Positions 1-11,109 of a stretch of 64,000 bases of DNA are shown here, piece after piece. Numbering within the stretch: the stretch's first letter is position 1; each line of letters starts with the position of its first letter. Location of the stretch: NCBI RefSeq assembly GCF_049554935.1, contig NZ_CP186926.1, positions 576,001 to 640,000 of the forward strand, in the 5' to 3' direction. The position numbers were made by a program, and so were the translations under genes. This DNA is from Methanocaldococcus indicus. GTDB taxonomy: Archaea; AGJL01; Methanococci; Methanococcales; Methanocaldococcaceae. The notes under the pieces are model-generated. The model saw only the letters and a list, made by a program, of their open reading frames with translations. It ran no database searches and had not been told where the DNA came from.

Positions 1-771
1 ATCTACTTTTAATCCATACTTAAAGAAAGGTCTTAAATCATGTTGCAAACAGACAGGTCTTGAATAAGCATATTCTAAATCATGTAAATGGATATCTCCC
101 TTTAAATGAGCATCTGCTATGTATTTTGGGAATATAGCTAATAAAGCATATTGTTTCATTACTTCATCAGCTATCCATTTGTGAATTGATTCAGGATTAT
201 ACATTAGATTAGCGTTTTCTCTACTTCCAGATTTTATAAGTTTAGTTATATCATAAATTGGCAGTCCAACTCTTGTATATTTATGTCTTTCTTCTTCATA
301 TCCATACTCTATAAGTTTATAATTAACAATTTCCCTAATCATTGGAGCAGTTAAATACTTAACTTTTAATTTTTTTAATTCTCTCTCAACATCATCAGCT
401 ATCTTTTTAGCTATATCTTTTGGTATGTTAGTTTCTTTTATTAATGATTTATAGATTTTTTCCTTATTAAATGGCTCAAATTCCTTCTCAGATGTTCTAA
501 CCTTTAAAATAATTTCATTATTGTATTTTTCAGCAAGTTCTTTATTAATCTTTTTTAAAGTATTATAAACTATATTTTTAATCTCCTCTGTTGTAATACC
601 ATTGTAAATTTTAGATAAGACTTCACTAACAATATAATCTAAATCTTTATATTCAACTCCACAATTAACAAGAGATTTAACTAACTTATTAATATTAAAC
701 TTCTCTTTAATGCCATTTTTTTTAATTATTATAATGTTTGCTTTACTCTCAACATCTTTTAAACTAATCAT
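1..771 (-). CDS. nrdD: Anaerobic (class III) ribonucleoside-triphosphate reductase, N-terminal part with two ATP cones; runs off the window start
   Basis: Manual translation from ATG at 771 gives [22 protein letters not shown] (ATP cone), [16 protein letters not shown] (second cone), [13 protein letters not shown] and [22 protein letters not shown]. Frame is open to base 1. Confidence 0.92.
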   Translation of the reverse strand, partial: MISLKDVESKANIIIIKKNGIKEKFNINKLVKSLVNCGVEYKDLDYIVSEVLSKIYNGITTEEIKNIVYNTLKKINKELAEKYNNEIILKVRTSEKEFEPFNKEKIYKSLIKETNIPKDIAKKIADDVERELKKLKVKYLTAPMIREIVNYKLIEYGYEEERHKYTRVGLPIYDITKLIKSGSRENANLMYNPESIHKWIADEVMKQYALLAIFPKYIADAHLKGDIHLHDLEYAYSRPVCLQHDLRPFFKYGLKVD

Positions 772-1000
772 TAAAATCACCAAATATTTAAATTAATATT
801 TTATAAACCACATACATAATTTTATCATCAACCATATAAAAAGATATTCATCCCTTTTTAGAGCCAATAATTTTATATTTAAACTTATTTAGGATAAAAG
901 AATATAAATAATAACTTTAACAAAATAAAGCATAAGAAATTATTTATTTTTATATAATGTAAAAATATTTTTATATGTTTCAATATTTGCAATTATAATA

Positions 1001-1014
1001 GAAAATTTTAAATA
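1001..1014 (+). promoter_or_regulatory. BRE/TATA promoter of tRNA-Ala
   Basis: GAAAA followed by TTTAAATA, about 35 nt upstream of the mature tRNA 5' end. Confidence 0.55.
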
Positions 1015-1048
1015 ACTTTTTAATAAATTATAATTTTGTTTCTTTTGT

Positions 1049-1125
<77 letters not shown>

Positions 1126-1145
1126 TTTTATTTTTAAGGATAATT

Positions 1146-1724
1146 ATGGAGTATATGTTGGTGGCTATAATTGGTTTTATTGCTGCTTTAACTCCTGGGC
1201 CAGATATATTTTTTGTTATTAGATGTGGATTAATATATGGATTAAAAAAATCATTATTAGCTGTTTTAGGAATTTTAACTGGAAATATTGTTTATCTTTC
1301 TTTGGTGTATTTAGGTTTAGGATATATTGGAAAATTGGATATTTTTCAAATAATAGTTGGTATTTTTGGAGGAATATATTTAATGATATTGGCTTTTAAA
1401 ATTTTTAAAGAAGACATTTCAGATATTTCTCAAAAAATAGACTCAAACAATATTTATTTATCAGCTCTTATGCTAAATTTAAGTAATCCAAAAGCTATGC
1501 TTTTTTTCTCTATAATTATTACACCATTTATAAATGGAAATTTAATAAATTGTTTATTTAGTTTATTTATTGGAATTGCTTTAGCATTTTTATTAGCATC
1601 AATATTATCCTCCAAAATAAGTTTAGAAATAAATATATTGAGAATATTTAACAAATTAGCAGCAGTTATATTTTTTATTTTTTCTATAAAGTTGTTTCAA
1701 ACAGCATTATTCCATCTTTTTTAA
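1146..1724 (+). CDS. LysE/RhtB family translocator
   Basis: LTPGPD N-terminal motif, NLSNPKA motif, about 6 hydrophobic segments. Confidence 0.9.
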   Translation: MEYMLVAIIGFIAALTPGPDIFFVIRCGLIYGLKKSLLAVLGILTGNIVYLSLVYLGLGYIGKLDIFQIIVGIFGGIYLMILAFKIFKEDISDISQKIDSNNIYLSALMLNLSNPKAMLFFSIIITPFINGNLINCLFSLFIGIALAFLLASILSSKISLEINILRIFNKLAAVIFFIFSIKLFQTALFHLF

Positions 1725-2288
1725 TTTTTTTAAATAGTATTTGCTATAAATAACACCTGCTGGATTATGAGATAAAACTCTATCTTTAACTATAAATGTG
1801 GTTGTTGGAGCTTTTGAATATTTTTGAAAAAGAATATCATGCCCAATACATAAACCAACCAATATATTTAAGTCAGTTTTTAGATTGTTTAATATCTCTG
1901 CTTGTCCTATTGGATTGCACATAGCTTCTTTATTTTTTGGATTTATCTTATCTAAATTTAGTTTGTCTTTATCAATTCCACAAACCTTACAACAAACAGA
2001 AAAAACTTTAAAATATTGAGATAATATTTCATCCAAAATCTTTGCTTCATTTTCCAAACCTATACAAAAAGCTATACCAATTCTTTTATAATCCATTAGC
2101 TCACAAAATTCAATAATTTCCTCTAACCTTGTTTTTTTCATATAGTATTTAGCTTCAATATATGAAGATATTTTAGCAATTTTTAAATTCTCCTTTTTAT
2201 TGTATTCCTCTAAAATCTTTTTGATTATTTCTTCTTTACAATTTTTTCCAGTATAACACAACTTATCTTTACATTTAGCACATCTCAT
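1707..2288 (-). CDS. DUF1847 family Cys-rich metal-binding protein
   Basis: TRLEEIIEF, IGIAFCIGL, CCKVCGIDK, CNPIGQA, GLCIGHD, KDRVLSHNP. Confidence 0.85.
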   Translation of the reverse strand: MRCAKCKDKLCYTGKNCKEEIIKKILEEYNKKENLKIAKISSYIEAKYYMKKTRLEEIIEFCELMDYKRIGIAFCIGLENEAKILDEILSQYFKVFSVCCKVCGIDKDKLNLDKINPKNKEAMCNPIGQAEILNNLKTDLNILVGLCIGHDILFQKYSKAPTTTFIVKDRVLSHNPAGVIYSKYYLKKLKKME

Positions 2289-2422
2289 AGATATATCTCC
2301 TCAAAATTAATTTTTATGAAAAAACATAATAAAAAATAAATTTCAGTAAATATGTGAGAAAAAATATTTAGAAAATAAAAATATACAATTTATTTAATTT
2401 AAGTATTATTAATTTAACTTAT

Positions 2423-3466
2423 TTAATGTCCTTTAAACACCTCTCCAGTATATACCTTACTAATTGTTTTTATTAAAGTTATAATCCAGAAGAAAAACAA
2501 GAGCCAATACAATGCAAATCCAATATAATCAACTATCTGAAATCCAAATATTTTATAAACTAAGTGAGTTGAAGCTACATAAGCTCCCAAGGGAAAGATG
2601 AACGCCCACCATGACATTGCATAAGGCAATTTTAGTTTTTTAACATAGTATAGGGTCATAATTATAGCCATCAAACTCCACCACAATCCAAACCCCCAGA
2701 ATATAAATGAAAATATATAAAATGGCTCTTTTATTGTTATAAATGAAGAGTTATTAACCATATTCAATAAAGCTACGATTCCAGCTCCTATCGGCCCTAA
2801 GTTAATCCATACTGTCGGAGCCATTGCTGATGGTAAAGGATGATGCAATATAAACCTATAAATTATAACAGCCAATAAAGCTAAGTATAAGAAGAATCCA
2901 GCACCCCAACCAAAATAATTAATAAGAACTGTTAATTCATGCCAGATACCACTTAGATGAGGCATTATCAAACTCCCAGCAATTGGTATAACTATTAACC
3001 CCACTGGTGGAATATACCATCCGGGATTAACATGGTCTAACTTTATGCTCTCAGACTTAAACATATAGAACGGAACTATCAAACTAAACAAAAACATACC
3101 TATAGCTCCAAGAGACCAGAATACTTCACCCCAGAACATATCATGCCCTATATTTATAAAATCTATCCCTAAAACCAAACATCCAACAGCAATAGTTGGA
3201 TAAAATGCACTTAATACAGGATGCTTTAAATCAGCTAAGGCATTTTCTTTAAACATAATCCATCTTAAAATCCATGGAACTAAGAAGATAAAGAACAACA
3301 AAATATTAAAATAAAATAATCCAACTGCTATATCCTTTAAAATTGGCAAATAACCTGAGTAGAGCAAGCTATCAATTGCTAAAATTCCAGTTCCCATCAC
3401 TACAGCAAACCATGACGGAACAAAATTTTTTATTACATCTAATTTTGATTCACATGCTTTCAACAT
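2423..3466 (-). CDS. TDT/SLAC1 family (TehA-like) anion transporter
   Basis: PSWFAVVMGTG, PGWYIPPVG, WINLGPIG, WWAFIFPLG; about 10 TM segments. Confidence 0.9.
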   Translation of the reverse strand: MLKACESKLDVIKNFVPSWFAVVMGTGILAIDSLLYSGYLPILKDIAVGLFYFNILLFFIFLVPWILRWIMFKENALADLKHPVLSAFYPTIAVGCLVLGIDFINIGHDMFWGEVFWSLGAIGMFLFSLIVPFYMFKSESIKLDHVNPGWYIPPVGLIVIPIAGSLIMPHLSGIWHELTVLINYFGWGAGFFLYLALLAVIIYRFILHHPLPSAMAPTVWINLGPIGAGIVALLNMVNNSSFITIKEPFYIFSFIFWGFGLWWSLMAIIMTLYYVKKLKLPYAMSWWAFIFPLGAYVASTHLVYKIFGFQIVDYIGFALYWLLFFFWIITLIKTISKVYTGEVFKGH

Positions 3467-3757
3467 ACTCCCCCTTATAAAATTTCTATGTGTATATTGT
3501 GTAATGAATATTTATACCTTTTGATTAATTGATGCATTTTAATACTTTTGAAAAAGATTTAAATTTTTAAATTATTAGATAAAATTTCAGAAAATGATAT
3601 AATTAAACTAAAAAAATAAAAGAAGTTAAAATAGAAGATATGTTTAAAAAGGACTTCAACAAAAATAAAACTAAATCAAGGACTATTAACGGAAAAAAGG
3701 TTCATAGTAGTAAAAAACTAATAAAGAACGGGTTATCGTAATCACACTGTCAATAAA

Positions 3758-4048
3758 TTAATCTAAAACTTCACAAGTTAAAGTGTATATTATTTCATCC
3801 TTAAATAGTTCCTCTATTTTTCTTTTAATATTCTCAATTTCTTCCTTAGAAGGTTTTTCTTTGAGAGGTTTATCAAACATAAAACCACATCTATAATAAT
3901 ATCCAAACTCAGATATTAAAGCTAATTCAGGATATTCAACAGATAGTATTTTTGTATCTTCTCCTAAAATCTTTAATATCTCTTTTAAAACTTTTTCAAA
4001 ATTAAAGCCCTCTTTAACATAAAAAACTCCATCTATTGCTAATTTCAT
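3758..4048 (-). CDS. Hypothetical protein
   Basis: 96-aa ORF with normal codon usage, overlapping the helicase stop by 4 nt. Confidence 0.7.
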   Translation of the reverse strand: MKLAIDGVFYVKEGFNFEKVLKEILKILGEDTKILSVEYPELALISEFGYYYRCGFMFDKPLKEKPSKEEIENIKRKIEELFKDEIIYTLTCEVLD

Positions 4049-5946
4049 CCTTTCACTCTAAATTTATTTAAAAAATTCTTTATTTCTCTTATAGATTCAT
4101 CTAAACTTAATATTTTGTAGTTATCTTTTAAATATCCTTCTTTTTTTAATGTTCTTCCAACCCATTCAGAAAATCTCTTATCTTGAATTACTACAACTCC
4201 ATAATCATTTTCAGTCCTTATCAACCTACCTATCATTTGAATCAATGTTCTTGCCATTCTGTCAAAGGATGTCATTAAAAAAGCTTTCCATTGTCCATAT
4301 TTTTCTTCTAAAATTTTTTGCTCTTTAATTATTAGTGGAGTAGGAATAGGAAATGGTAAGGAATCTATAATAACCCCAATTAATGCCTCTCCAGGAATAT
4401 CTACACCTTCAGCAAATCTTCCAGTAGCTAATAAAATTCCTCCTTCTCTTATAAATCTATCTTTTAGCTCTTTTGCTTCTTTTCCATCCATACTCTGCTC
4501 ATAAACATGTATATTCTTATTTTCTATATTTAAATTATTAATTTCTTTTTTTAAATATTTGTAAAAGTTATCTAAATCCTCAAAACTTCTGAATAATACC
4601 AATATATTTCCATTTATTGCCTCTATAATTTTTATTAGATTTTTATTTGCTTCATCTCTATTTTTTAGTTCATATTTCATATTTACTCCATCTTCCAGTC
4701 CAATAATCATTTTCCTATCTTTTGGAAATGGGCTATCTAAAACTAAAAAATCAGAATTCTCCATTCCAGTTTTAATAGCATGCATCTTTAAATTTCCAAT
4801 TGTTGCAGAGCAATGAATAACTACACTATCTCCATAAAGTTCTTTTAAAGCAGAATTTACAAATATTGGCTCACATATTAAACTCTCCTTACTTCTATAT
4901 CTTACAAAATTTATATTTGCAAATTTTAAATAATCTAAATTTTCTATAAATTCTGCTAAAACAGGGTCTAAATTTTTCTTTTCTATAAAATCTAATTCAA
5001 TATCTATAATCTCCTTACAGTCAAAATAGAAGTTTATTGGAGGAAGTTCTTCATTTTCATTTAACTCTAATATTTTATTTTTTATCTCCAAAATTTGAGT
5101 GTAGCAATTAAATATTATTCCCAGTATATAGTTTTTATTAAAATTATCTAAATCTCTTTTTAATGTATAATCCAATCCAATATTATTTAAATATCTCTCT
5201 ATCATTTCCCAAAACTTCTCATCCTCTAAATCTAACCTTCTTTTAAAAGCTGTTGGAGCATAATAATATGCCATATATTTTAATCTATTAATTACTTTAT
5301 TTGGATTTATCTCAATTGAATAGGCTCTCCTTATACTATCCTCCAACTTATGAGCTTCATCAACAATAATAACATCAAATTTTTTTAAACTCTCTAATTC
5401 CTCTTTTGCATAGAAAAATATATGGTTGTTCATAACAACAATATCAGCAAAAATACTGTTAATTTTTGAGAGTTGATAATCACAACAACAGAGAGGACAT
5501 AAATAGACAGTTTTATCTCCTAAGTTTATCTCTTTTTTTGGAGAGTTGCAAATACTACAAATCTTCTTTTTATTTGGTCTAAATTTACATTTTCTATTTA
5601 GCTGGCAGTATATTCTATTTGCTTTACTTCCCTTAGCTTTACAAAAATAGTTACCTTTTCCCATAAAAAAAGAAACTTTTAAATTATGTTTTAATGAGTT
5701 GAGCTCTTCATATATTCTTAATTGTTGGTCTATTGTCTCTGTTAATATAGCTACCCTCTTTCCTCTTTCAGCAAAATATATAGAAGGAATTAAATATCCT
5801 AATGTTTTTCCCACACCAGTAGGAGCTTCTATTATTAGATTTCTATTATTTAATATAGAAAAATAGATTTTCAACATCATTCTTTTTTGCTGTTCTCTAA
5901 TACTTGGATATGGAAACCTCTCCTCAATAAAATTTAAGAATTCCAT
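4045..5946 (-). CDS. DinG/XPD (Rad3) family ATP-dependent DNA helicase
   Basis: Q motif REQQ, EAPTGVGKT, Cys-rich Fe-S region, DEAH, SAT, AEGVDIPG, QMIGRLIRTENDYG. Confidence 0.92.
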   Translation of the reverse strand: MEFLNFIEERFPYPSIREQQKRMMLKIYFSILNNRNLIIEAPTGVGKTLGYLIPSIYFAERGKRVAILTETIDQQLRIYEELNSLKHNLKVSFFMGKGNYFCKAKGSKANRIYCQLNRKCKFRPNKKKICSICNSPKKEINLGDKTVYLCPLCCCDYQLSKINSIFADIVVMNNHIFFYAKEELESLKKFDVIIVDEAHKLEDSIRRAYSIEINPNKVINRLKYMAYYYAPTAFKRRLDLEDEKFWEMIERYLNNIGLDYTLKRDLDNFNKNYILGIIFNCYTQILEIKNKILELNENEELPPINFYFDCKEIIDIELDFIEKKNLDPVLAEFIENLDYLKFANINFVRYRSKESLICEPIFVNSALKELYGDSVVIHCSATIGNLKMHAIKTGMENSDFLVLDSPFPKDRKMIIGLEDGVNMKYELKNRDEANKNLIKIIEAINGNILVLFRSFEDLDNFYKYLKKEINNLNIENKNIHVYEQSMDGKEAKELKDRFIREGGILLATGRFAEGVDIPGEALIGVIIDSLPFPIPTPLIIKEQKILEEKYGQWKAFLMTSFDRMARTLIQMIGRLIRTENDYGVVVIQDKRFSEWVGRTLKKEGYLKDNYKILSLDESIREIKNFLNKFRVKG

Positions 5947-5962
5947 AATGCATCAAAAAAAG

Positions 5963-6907
5963 TTATTTGTTGAGTTTATTGTAATATTCTATTGCTTCAT
6001 TTAATTTACCTAATCTTTCATAGATATTTGCTATTCTTAAAATAGCCTTTAAATAATTAGGGTCTAATTTCAGAATCTTTTTAAAGTATTTTAAAGCTTC
6101 TTCTAACTCATTCTTATACATTAATATTATACCTTTCTGATATAATAACTCAATATCATCATCTCTAATTTTTAAAGCTCTATCTATATATTTCTCAGCA
6201 GTTTCATAGTCTCCAATAATTGTCATAACCTCTGCTCCATATTTTAATGTCTCTAACCAATATGCTCCTAATTTATCAATAAGTGTTTTAAATGTTTCTG
6301 CACTTTCTTTGAAATGGCCTAATCTGAATAATAATAATCCCTTTAAAAACAATAAGGATTTATGATATGGATATATCTTTAGACCTCTATTAACAGTATC
6401 TAAAGCATCTTCATATTTACCCATTCTCTTTAAAATCTCAGCTTTTTTTAGATATAATGGTACAGAATTTGATGCTTTAACTAATAATTTATCAATCTCA
6501 TCTAAAACCTTCTCATATTCCCCTAAATTTTCTAAACATAGTATCTTTAGGATATACCCCGATAAGAAGTTACTACTAACCTCTAATGACTTATCATAAC
6601 ATTTAAGAGCTGAAGAACAATCTCCAGACATTGCATAACATTGTCCTAAAAACATCCAATCAATAGGATTTTTAGATTCTTTACATAACAACTCAAAGCA
6701 TTCCTTAGCTTTTTCTATTTCCCCTAATGCTTGTAGTATTAATCCTTTTAGAAATAATGCTAATTTAAAATCTTCTTCCAACTCTAAAGCTTCATTTATG
6801 TAGTATAAAGCTTCCAATAACTTACCTTCATATAGCATTCTGTAAGCCCTTAAAACATAAGTCGTAGCTTCTAATGACGATATTCTTGGGTATTTTTTCA
6901 TATCCAC
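5963..6907 (-). CDS. Tetratricopeptide repeat protein
   Basis: Repeated TPR pattern (KG..L..LG..EEA..Y..AL...P). Confidence 0.88.
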   Translation of the reverse strand: MDMKKYPRISSLEATTYVLRAYRMLYEGKLLEALYYINEALELEEDFKLALFLKGLILQALGEIEKAKECFELLCKESKNPIDWMFLGQCYAMSGDCSSALKCYDKSLEVSSNFLSGYILKILCLENLGEYEKVLDEIDKLLVKASNSVPLYLKKAEILKRMGKYEDALDTVNRGLKIYPYHKSLLFLKGLLLFRLGHFKESAETFKTLIDKLGAYWLETLKYGAEVMTIIGDYETAEKYIDRALKIRDDDIELLYQKGIILMYKNELEEALKYFKKILKLDPNYLKAILRIANIYERLGKLNEAIEYYNKLNK

Positions 6908-6910
6908 CCA

Positions 6911-7726
6911 CTATTTAAGTTGTTTGCATAAAAATAGCTTTTTATCCATATATTTCTCTCCTTCAAGAGGATTTTTAAAATTTTTTAAAATATAAATACC
7001 AATATCTAATATTTTAACAACTTCATCAAATAAAGATAATTTTCTAAAATGTTCTCTTTTATTGATTTCTCCTAAATATTCTACTAATATTGTTTTGTTT
7101 ATTAGTCTATCCTCATAGTAATATATAAACTTATTGTAAATTTTTTGAAAGTTTTTACCAAAAATTTCATAACATTTATTTAAAACTTCAGAAAAATTGT
7201 TACTATTGAATATATACCTTCCTAATTCTTCTCTTTCTTCCCAGCTGATAAATTCTCCATTGTAGAGTTCTGTCTTACTACTTTTCTCAGAGTATAATTC
7301 TAAAAATTCTTCAAAACTATCAAAATATAACTCTTTAATATATTCTTTAACTTTTTTTATCTCATTTTTGTTAGGTTTTTCTCTAACTATTCCATTACAG
7401 TAGTGTTTAATTATCAATAAAGGAGTTCCATCCCATTTAACCATTAAACTGTATGGAAATATCTTACACATTAATGGCTTATATTCATAACCTTTTTCTA
7501 AATGAACTCTACAAAGATTATTTTTTAAGAGAGAACATCCACTTTCATTAATTTTTAGCATATATCTAAAAAAGCTATTTTCAGTCTTCTCTATATAATC
7601 TTTATAATCCTTTAATCTTAACAAATCAAAATAATTTAAATATATCCTCCAACTTTCACATGAGCAACAATAGCCACAATTATTACATATATAACTCCTA
7701 TTATTGAATGTAATTTCCCACTTCAT
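6911..7726 (-). CDS. YkgJ family CxxCxxCC (Fe-S/Zn) protein
   Basis: CNNCGYCC, C.LL..NLC.VH, KPLMCKIFPY. Confidence 0.85.
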   Translation of the reverse strand: MKWEITFNNRSYICNNCGYCCSCESWRIYLNYFDLLRLKDYKDYIEKTENSFFRYMLKINESGCSLLKNNLCRVHLEKGYEYKPLMCKIFPYSLMVKWDGTPLLIIKHYCNGIVREKPNKNEIKKVKEYIKELYFDSFEEFLELYSEKSSKTELYNGEFISWEEREELGRYIFNSNNFSEVLNKCYEIFGKNFQKIYNKFIYYYEDRLINKTILVEYLGEINKREHFRKLSLFDEVVKILDIGIYILKNFKNPLEGEKYMDKKLFLCKQLK

Positions 7727-8163
7727 GAATGTAATAATAACATTAAAAAATTATATACTTAACGGTATTAATAAGTAATATCTAATTTTATAAATCTATT
7801 AGTTAATTTTTATAATTGTAATACTTTACTTTACCATAATTTTTTGTGGTATTACTATTTACTACCAATTTATTTTAATATTTCAGTTATGTTAATATTC
7901 AATTTAAATAGATAATTAAATTTAGTAAGAAAAATTGTTACTTTTATCAAAATAAAAAGCTAAAAAATAATAAATAATACATTTAAATTAATTTTGTTAT
8001 TATATAAAATAGTAATAATTAACCTCAGTAAAATTTTTAATAAGTATTATTTTTTATTATCATAAAATTTAAATTATTTTATAATATCATATTAAATATA
8101 ATTAAAATTAATTATCAACTATATAAGGTTATATTATTATAATACTAAAATTTAAAGTGATAG

Positions 8164-8889
8164 ATGATGATAAAATTAATAATTGCATTTGTTTTTGTTT
8201 TAATATCAATTATTATATCCTATATTGTAGAATTAAATTTAGAGAAAAAAATTTTTATTGTTTGCATTTTAGCTTTAATACAACTGATTCTTTTAGGTTA
8301 TGTTCTATTTTATATTTTCTCTTTTGGAGTATTAGGAATAATTATTGTTGTTTCATTTATGATTTTTATGGCCTCTTACTTAGTTACAAAAGAAATAGAT
8401 AAAATAGGTAAAACAAAATTATTCCTTTCTTTACTATTAACTTTTATTGTTACAACATCTATAACAATGTTTATTTTGATTTTTGGAGTAATTGAGTTGA
8501 AACCAGAATATGTAATTCCCTTAGCTGGAATGGTTGTTGGGAATACTATGAACACTACTCAACTAACATTAGAGAACATCATTGAAATGATTAAAAATGA
8601 TAAGAATACATTACTTGGATACTTTGCCTTAGGTGCTACTGAACTTATTGCTCTAAAACCTTACATAAAAAAAGCTGTTAAATTAGCTATCATACCACAA
8701 ATGAATAGAACTAAATCAGTAGGGATAATATTTATCCCAGGAGCTATGGTAGGAATGATTTTAGCCGGAGCTAATCCCATAAAAGCTGCTGAGATACAAA
8801 TAGTTATAATGTGGATGATTTTAAGCTCTTCTATAATTTCTGGTGTTTTAATCTGTTATCTATTAAATAAAGAATTAGTTAGGATTTAA
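8164..8889 (+). CDS. UPF0014/FetB-like ABC permease
   Basis: [52 protein letters not shown]. Confidence 0.85.
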   Translation: MMIKLIIAFVFVLISIIISYIVELNLEKKIFIVCILALIQLILLGYVLFYIFSFGVLGIIIVVSFMIFMASYLVTKEIDKIGKTKLFLSLLLTFIVTTSITMFILIFGVIELKPEYVIPLAGMVVGNTMNTTQLTLENIIEMIKNDKNTLLGYFALGATELIALKPYIKKAVKLAIIPQMNRTKSVGIIFIPGAMVGMILAGANPIKAAEIQIVIMWMILSSSIISGVLICYLLNKELVRI

Positions 8890-10117
8890 TCTTTTTATGT
8901 CTAAATCCAGAAGATAATAAAGCAGCTCCAACAGCTCCAATCATTTGAGAGTATCTTGGAACTATTATCTCTCTACCTAAAACTTCTTCCATAGCTAAAA
9001 CCAATCCCTTCAATAAACTACTACCCCCAACTAATATAACAGGGTCTCTAACATCAACCTCTTGAAGTTGTTGCTCAAATACTTGCTCTGCAACTGAATG
9101 AGCAGCTGCAGCTGCTACATCTTCTGGTTTAGCTCCCTCTGCTAATGCTGTAACTAAATCCTGAATACCAAAGACAATACAATAACTGTTCATTTTAATT
9201 TTTCTCCAATCTCCTTTTGCTGCTAACTCTCCCAACTCTTGGAGAGATACTCCTAATCTTCTTGCTGTTAGCTCAAAGAATCTACCACTTGCTCCTGCAC
9301 AAATACCTCCCATTGTAAATCCATCTGGAATAGCATCATATAGGGAGATAGCTTTGTTGTCCATTCCACCAATATCTATAACAGTTGCTTCACCCTCTTG
9401 TCTATCTGCTAAATATGCTGCTCCTTTTGAATTAACTGTTAGCTCTTCTTGAATTAAATCTGCTTTAAAGTATCTTCCAACTGTATATCTACCATAACCA
9501 GTAGTCCCAATAGTTTCAACTTCATCTAATGTTATCCCTGCTTCTTTTAAGGCTAAATCAACAGCTTCTTTAGCAGTTCCTATAACATCCTTTGTATATA
9601 ACCAACCAGTTCCAGCAATTTCATCGTCAATCATTACAACAGCTTTTGTAGTTGTTGAACCACTATCAATTCCTAAACTAATTCCTTCTTGTTTCTTTCT
9701 TGCTAACAATGCCTTTCTCTCAACTATTGTAACTAATGCTTCCATTCTTGTTAATAACTCAGATGCCTTAGTTCTTTCTGTAAATGAATACATAACTACT
9801 GGAAGATTGGTATTTTGCTGAATAAGTTTTCTAACTTCATTCCTAACTAATGCTCCTTCTGCACATCTAAAACAAGTAGCAACAAACACAGCCTCAGCAT
9901 CAGTATTGCCTTCAATAATAGACATAGCCCTTGCAAACATTAATTTTAGATTTGCAGAAGCTACTTTAAATCCTAATCTTTCCTCAACTTCTTCAATATA
10001 GTTAAAATCTACTTCAGGAAAAATTAATTCACCACCAACTGATTGAGCAGCTTTTTCTATTTCTTTATAAACTCCACTCCATTCTGCTCCGCATGTTAAT
10101 AGAGCTATTTTTACCAT
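8879..10117 (-). CDS. Methanogenesis marker protein 15 (acyl-CoA dehydratase activase-like ASKHA ATPase)
   Basis: [45 protein letters not shown]. Confidence 0.9.
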   Translation of the reverse strand: MVKIALLTCGAEWSGVYKEIEKAAQSVGGELIFPEVDFNYIEEVEERLGFKVASANLKLMFARAMSIIEGNTDAEAVFVATCFRCAEGALVRNEVRKLIQQNTNLPVVMYSFTERTKASELLTRMEALVTIVERKALLARKKQEGISLGIDSGSTTTKAVVMIDDEIAGTGWLYTKDVIGTAKEAVDLALKEAGITLDEVETIGTTGYGRYTVGRYFKADLIQEELTVNSKGAAYLADRQEGEATVIDIGGMDNKAISLYDAIPDGFTMGGICAGASGRFFELTARRLGVSLQELGELAAKGDWRKIKMNSYCIVFGIQDLVTALAEGAKPEDVAAAAAHSVAEQVFEQQLQEVDVRDPVILVGGSSLLKGLVLAMEEVLGREIIVPRYSQMIGAVGAALLSSGFRHKKIKS

Positions 10118-10248
10118 GACGAATTCCTCCCTTAAACTTAATATTTTTGACTAATTATAACCTTTAATTTTTTAATAATTTTTATAATAATTTAGTCATA
10201 ATATAATTAGTTAATAGATTAGTTAATAGTTACTATTAGGGATTTATC

Positions 10249-11109
10249 ATGAATTTATTCAAATATTTGAGAGAGAATAAAAGATTTTTGCTACTGTCTT
10301 TTATTTGGTGTATTATATTTATGTTTTCAATTATAAAATTCATTAAATTCAAGATGATTGGCTCATCTTCATGTATCAATTTATATCCTTCACTTACACC
10401 AATGTTAGGATTAGTTTTAGGACCCATATATGGTAGTTTAGTTATTATTATACTATTTATATATTACTGTATTTTTCATCCTAAGGCATTATATTTTGGA
10501 ATTTTTTCAATTGTTCCTCCAATATTGTCTGTTATAGTAGCAAGCTATCTTTCAGAGGGAAAATGGAAAATTCCAGCAATAATTTTTGGAGTAGGATTAT
10601 TAATATTTTATTTTACTGATGTTGGAAAGATTGTGTGGTATCATCCAATATTTTCAATTATTTCATTCTTATTAATACTAACTTTAAAAGATGAAATATC
10701 AAAAAATCTATTTTCTAAAAATACACCTAAATTTTTAGTTTCTGTGTTAGTTTTCTGTTTTATAACAGTTATGACAGACCATCTATATGGCTCTATTTTA
10801 GGGATAATATATTTACATTTACCACCAGATATGTATAAGAAAGCTATCCATGATTATATTTTAGAGAGAACAATTATGACAATTATTGGTTCAATTTTTG
10901 TAATATTTAACATTGAAATAATGAAATTTATAATATCTAATTATGAAGGCTTCAAAAGAGAGATAATTTTAAAATTTGTAGATATTAAAAGTAATGAAAT
11001 AGAGATAGACAAAGAGTTATTAAAGAAATATAATATAAAATTATTAGATAAAGAAGAAAAAGAAAGAATTATAGTAGAGACCTTAAAAATTTTGAGTGGT
11101 AAAAAATGA
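10249..11109 (+). CDS. Multi-pass membrane protein (ECF S-component-like) with soluble C-terminal tail
   Basis: PMLGLVLGPIYG motif; 7-8 TM segments; tail IDKELLKKYNIK. Confidence 0.65.
   Translation: MNLFKYLRENKRFLLLSFIWCIIFMFSIIKFIKFKMIGSSSCINLYPSLTPMLGLVLGPIYGSLVIIILFIYYCIFHPKALYFGIFSIVPPILSVIVASYLSEGKWKIPAIIFGVGLLIFYFTDVGKIVWYHPIFSIISFLLILTLKDEISKNLFSKNTPKFLVSVLVFCFITVMTDHLYGSILGIIYLHLPPDMYKKAIHDYILERTIMTIIGSIFVIFNIEIMKFIISNYEGFKREIILKFVDIKSNEIEIDKELLKKYNIKLLDKEEKERIIVETLKILSGKK

Noticed and set aside
3640-3741. 33-aa Lys-rich small ORF (MFKKDFNKNK...)
   Set aside because: No SD, no recognisable motif, and its length is expected by chance.
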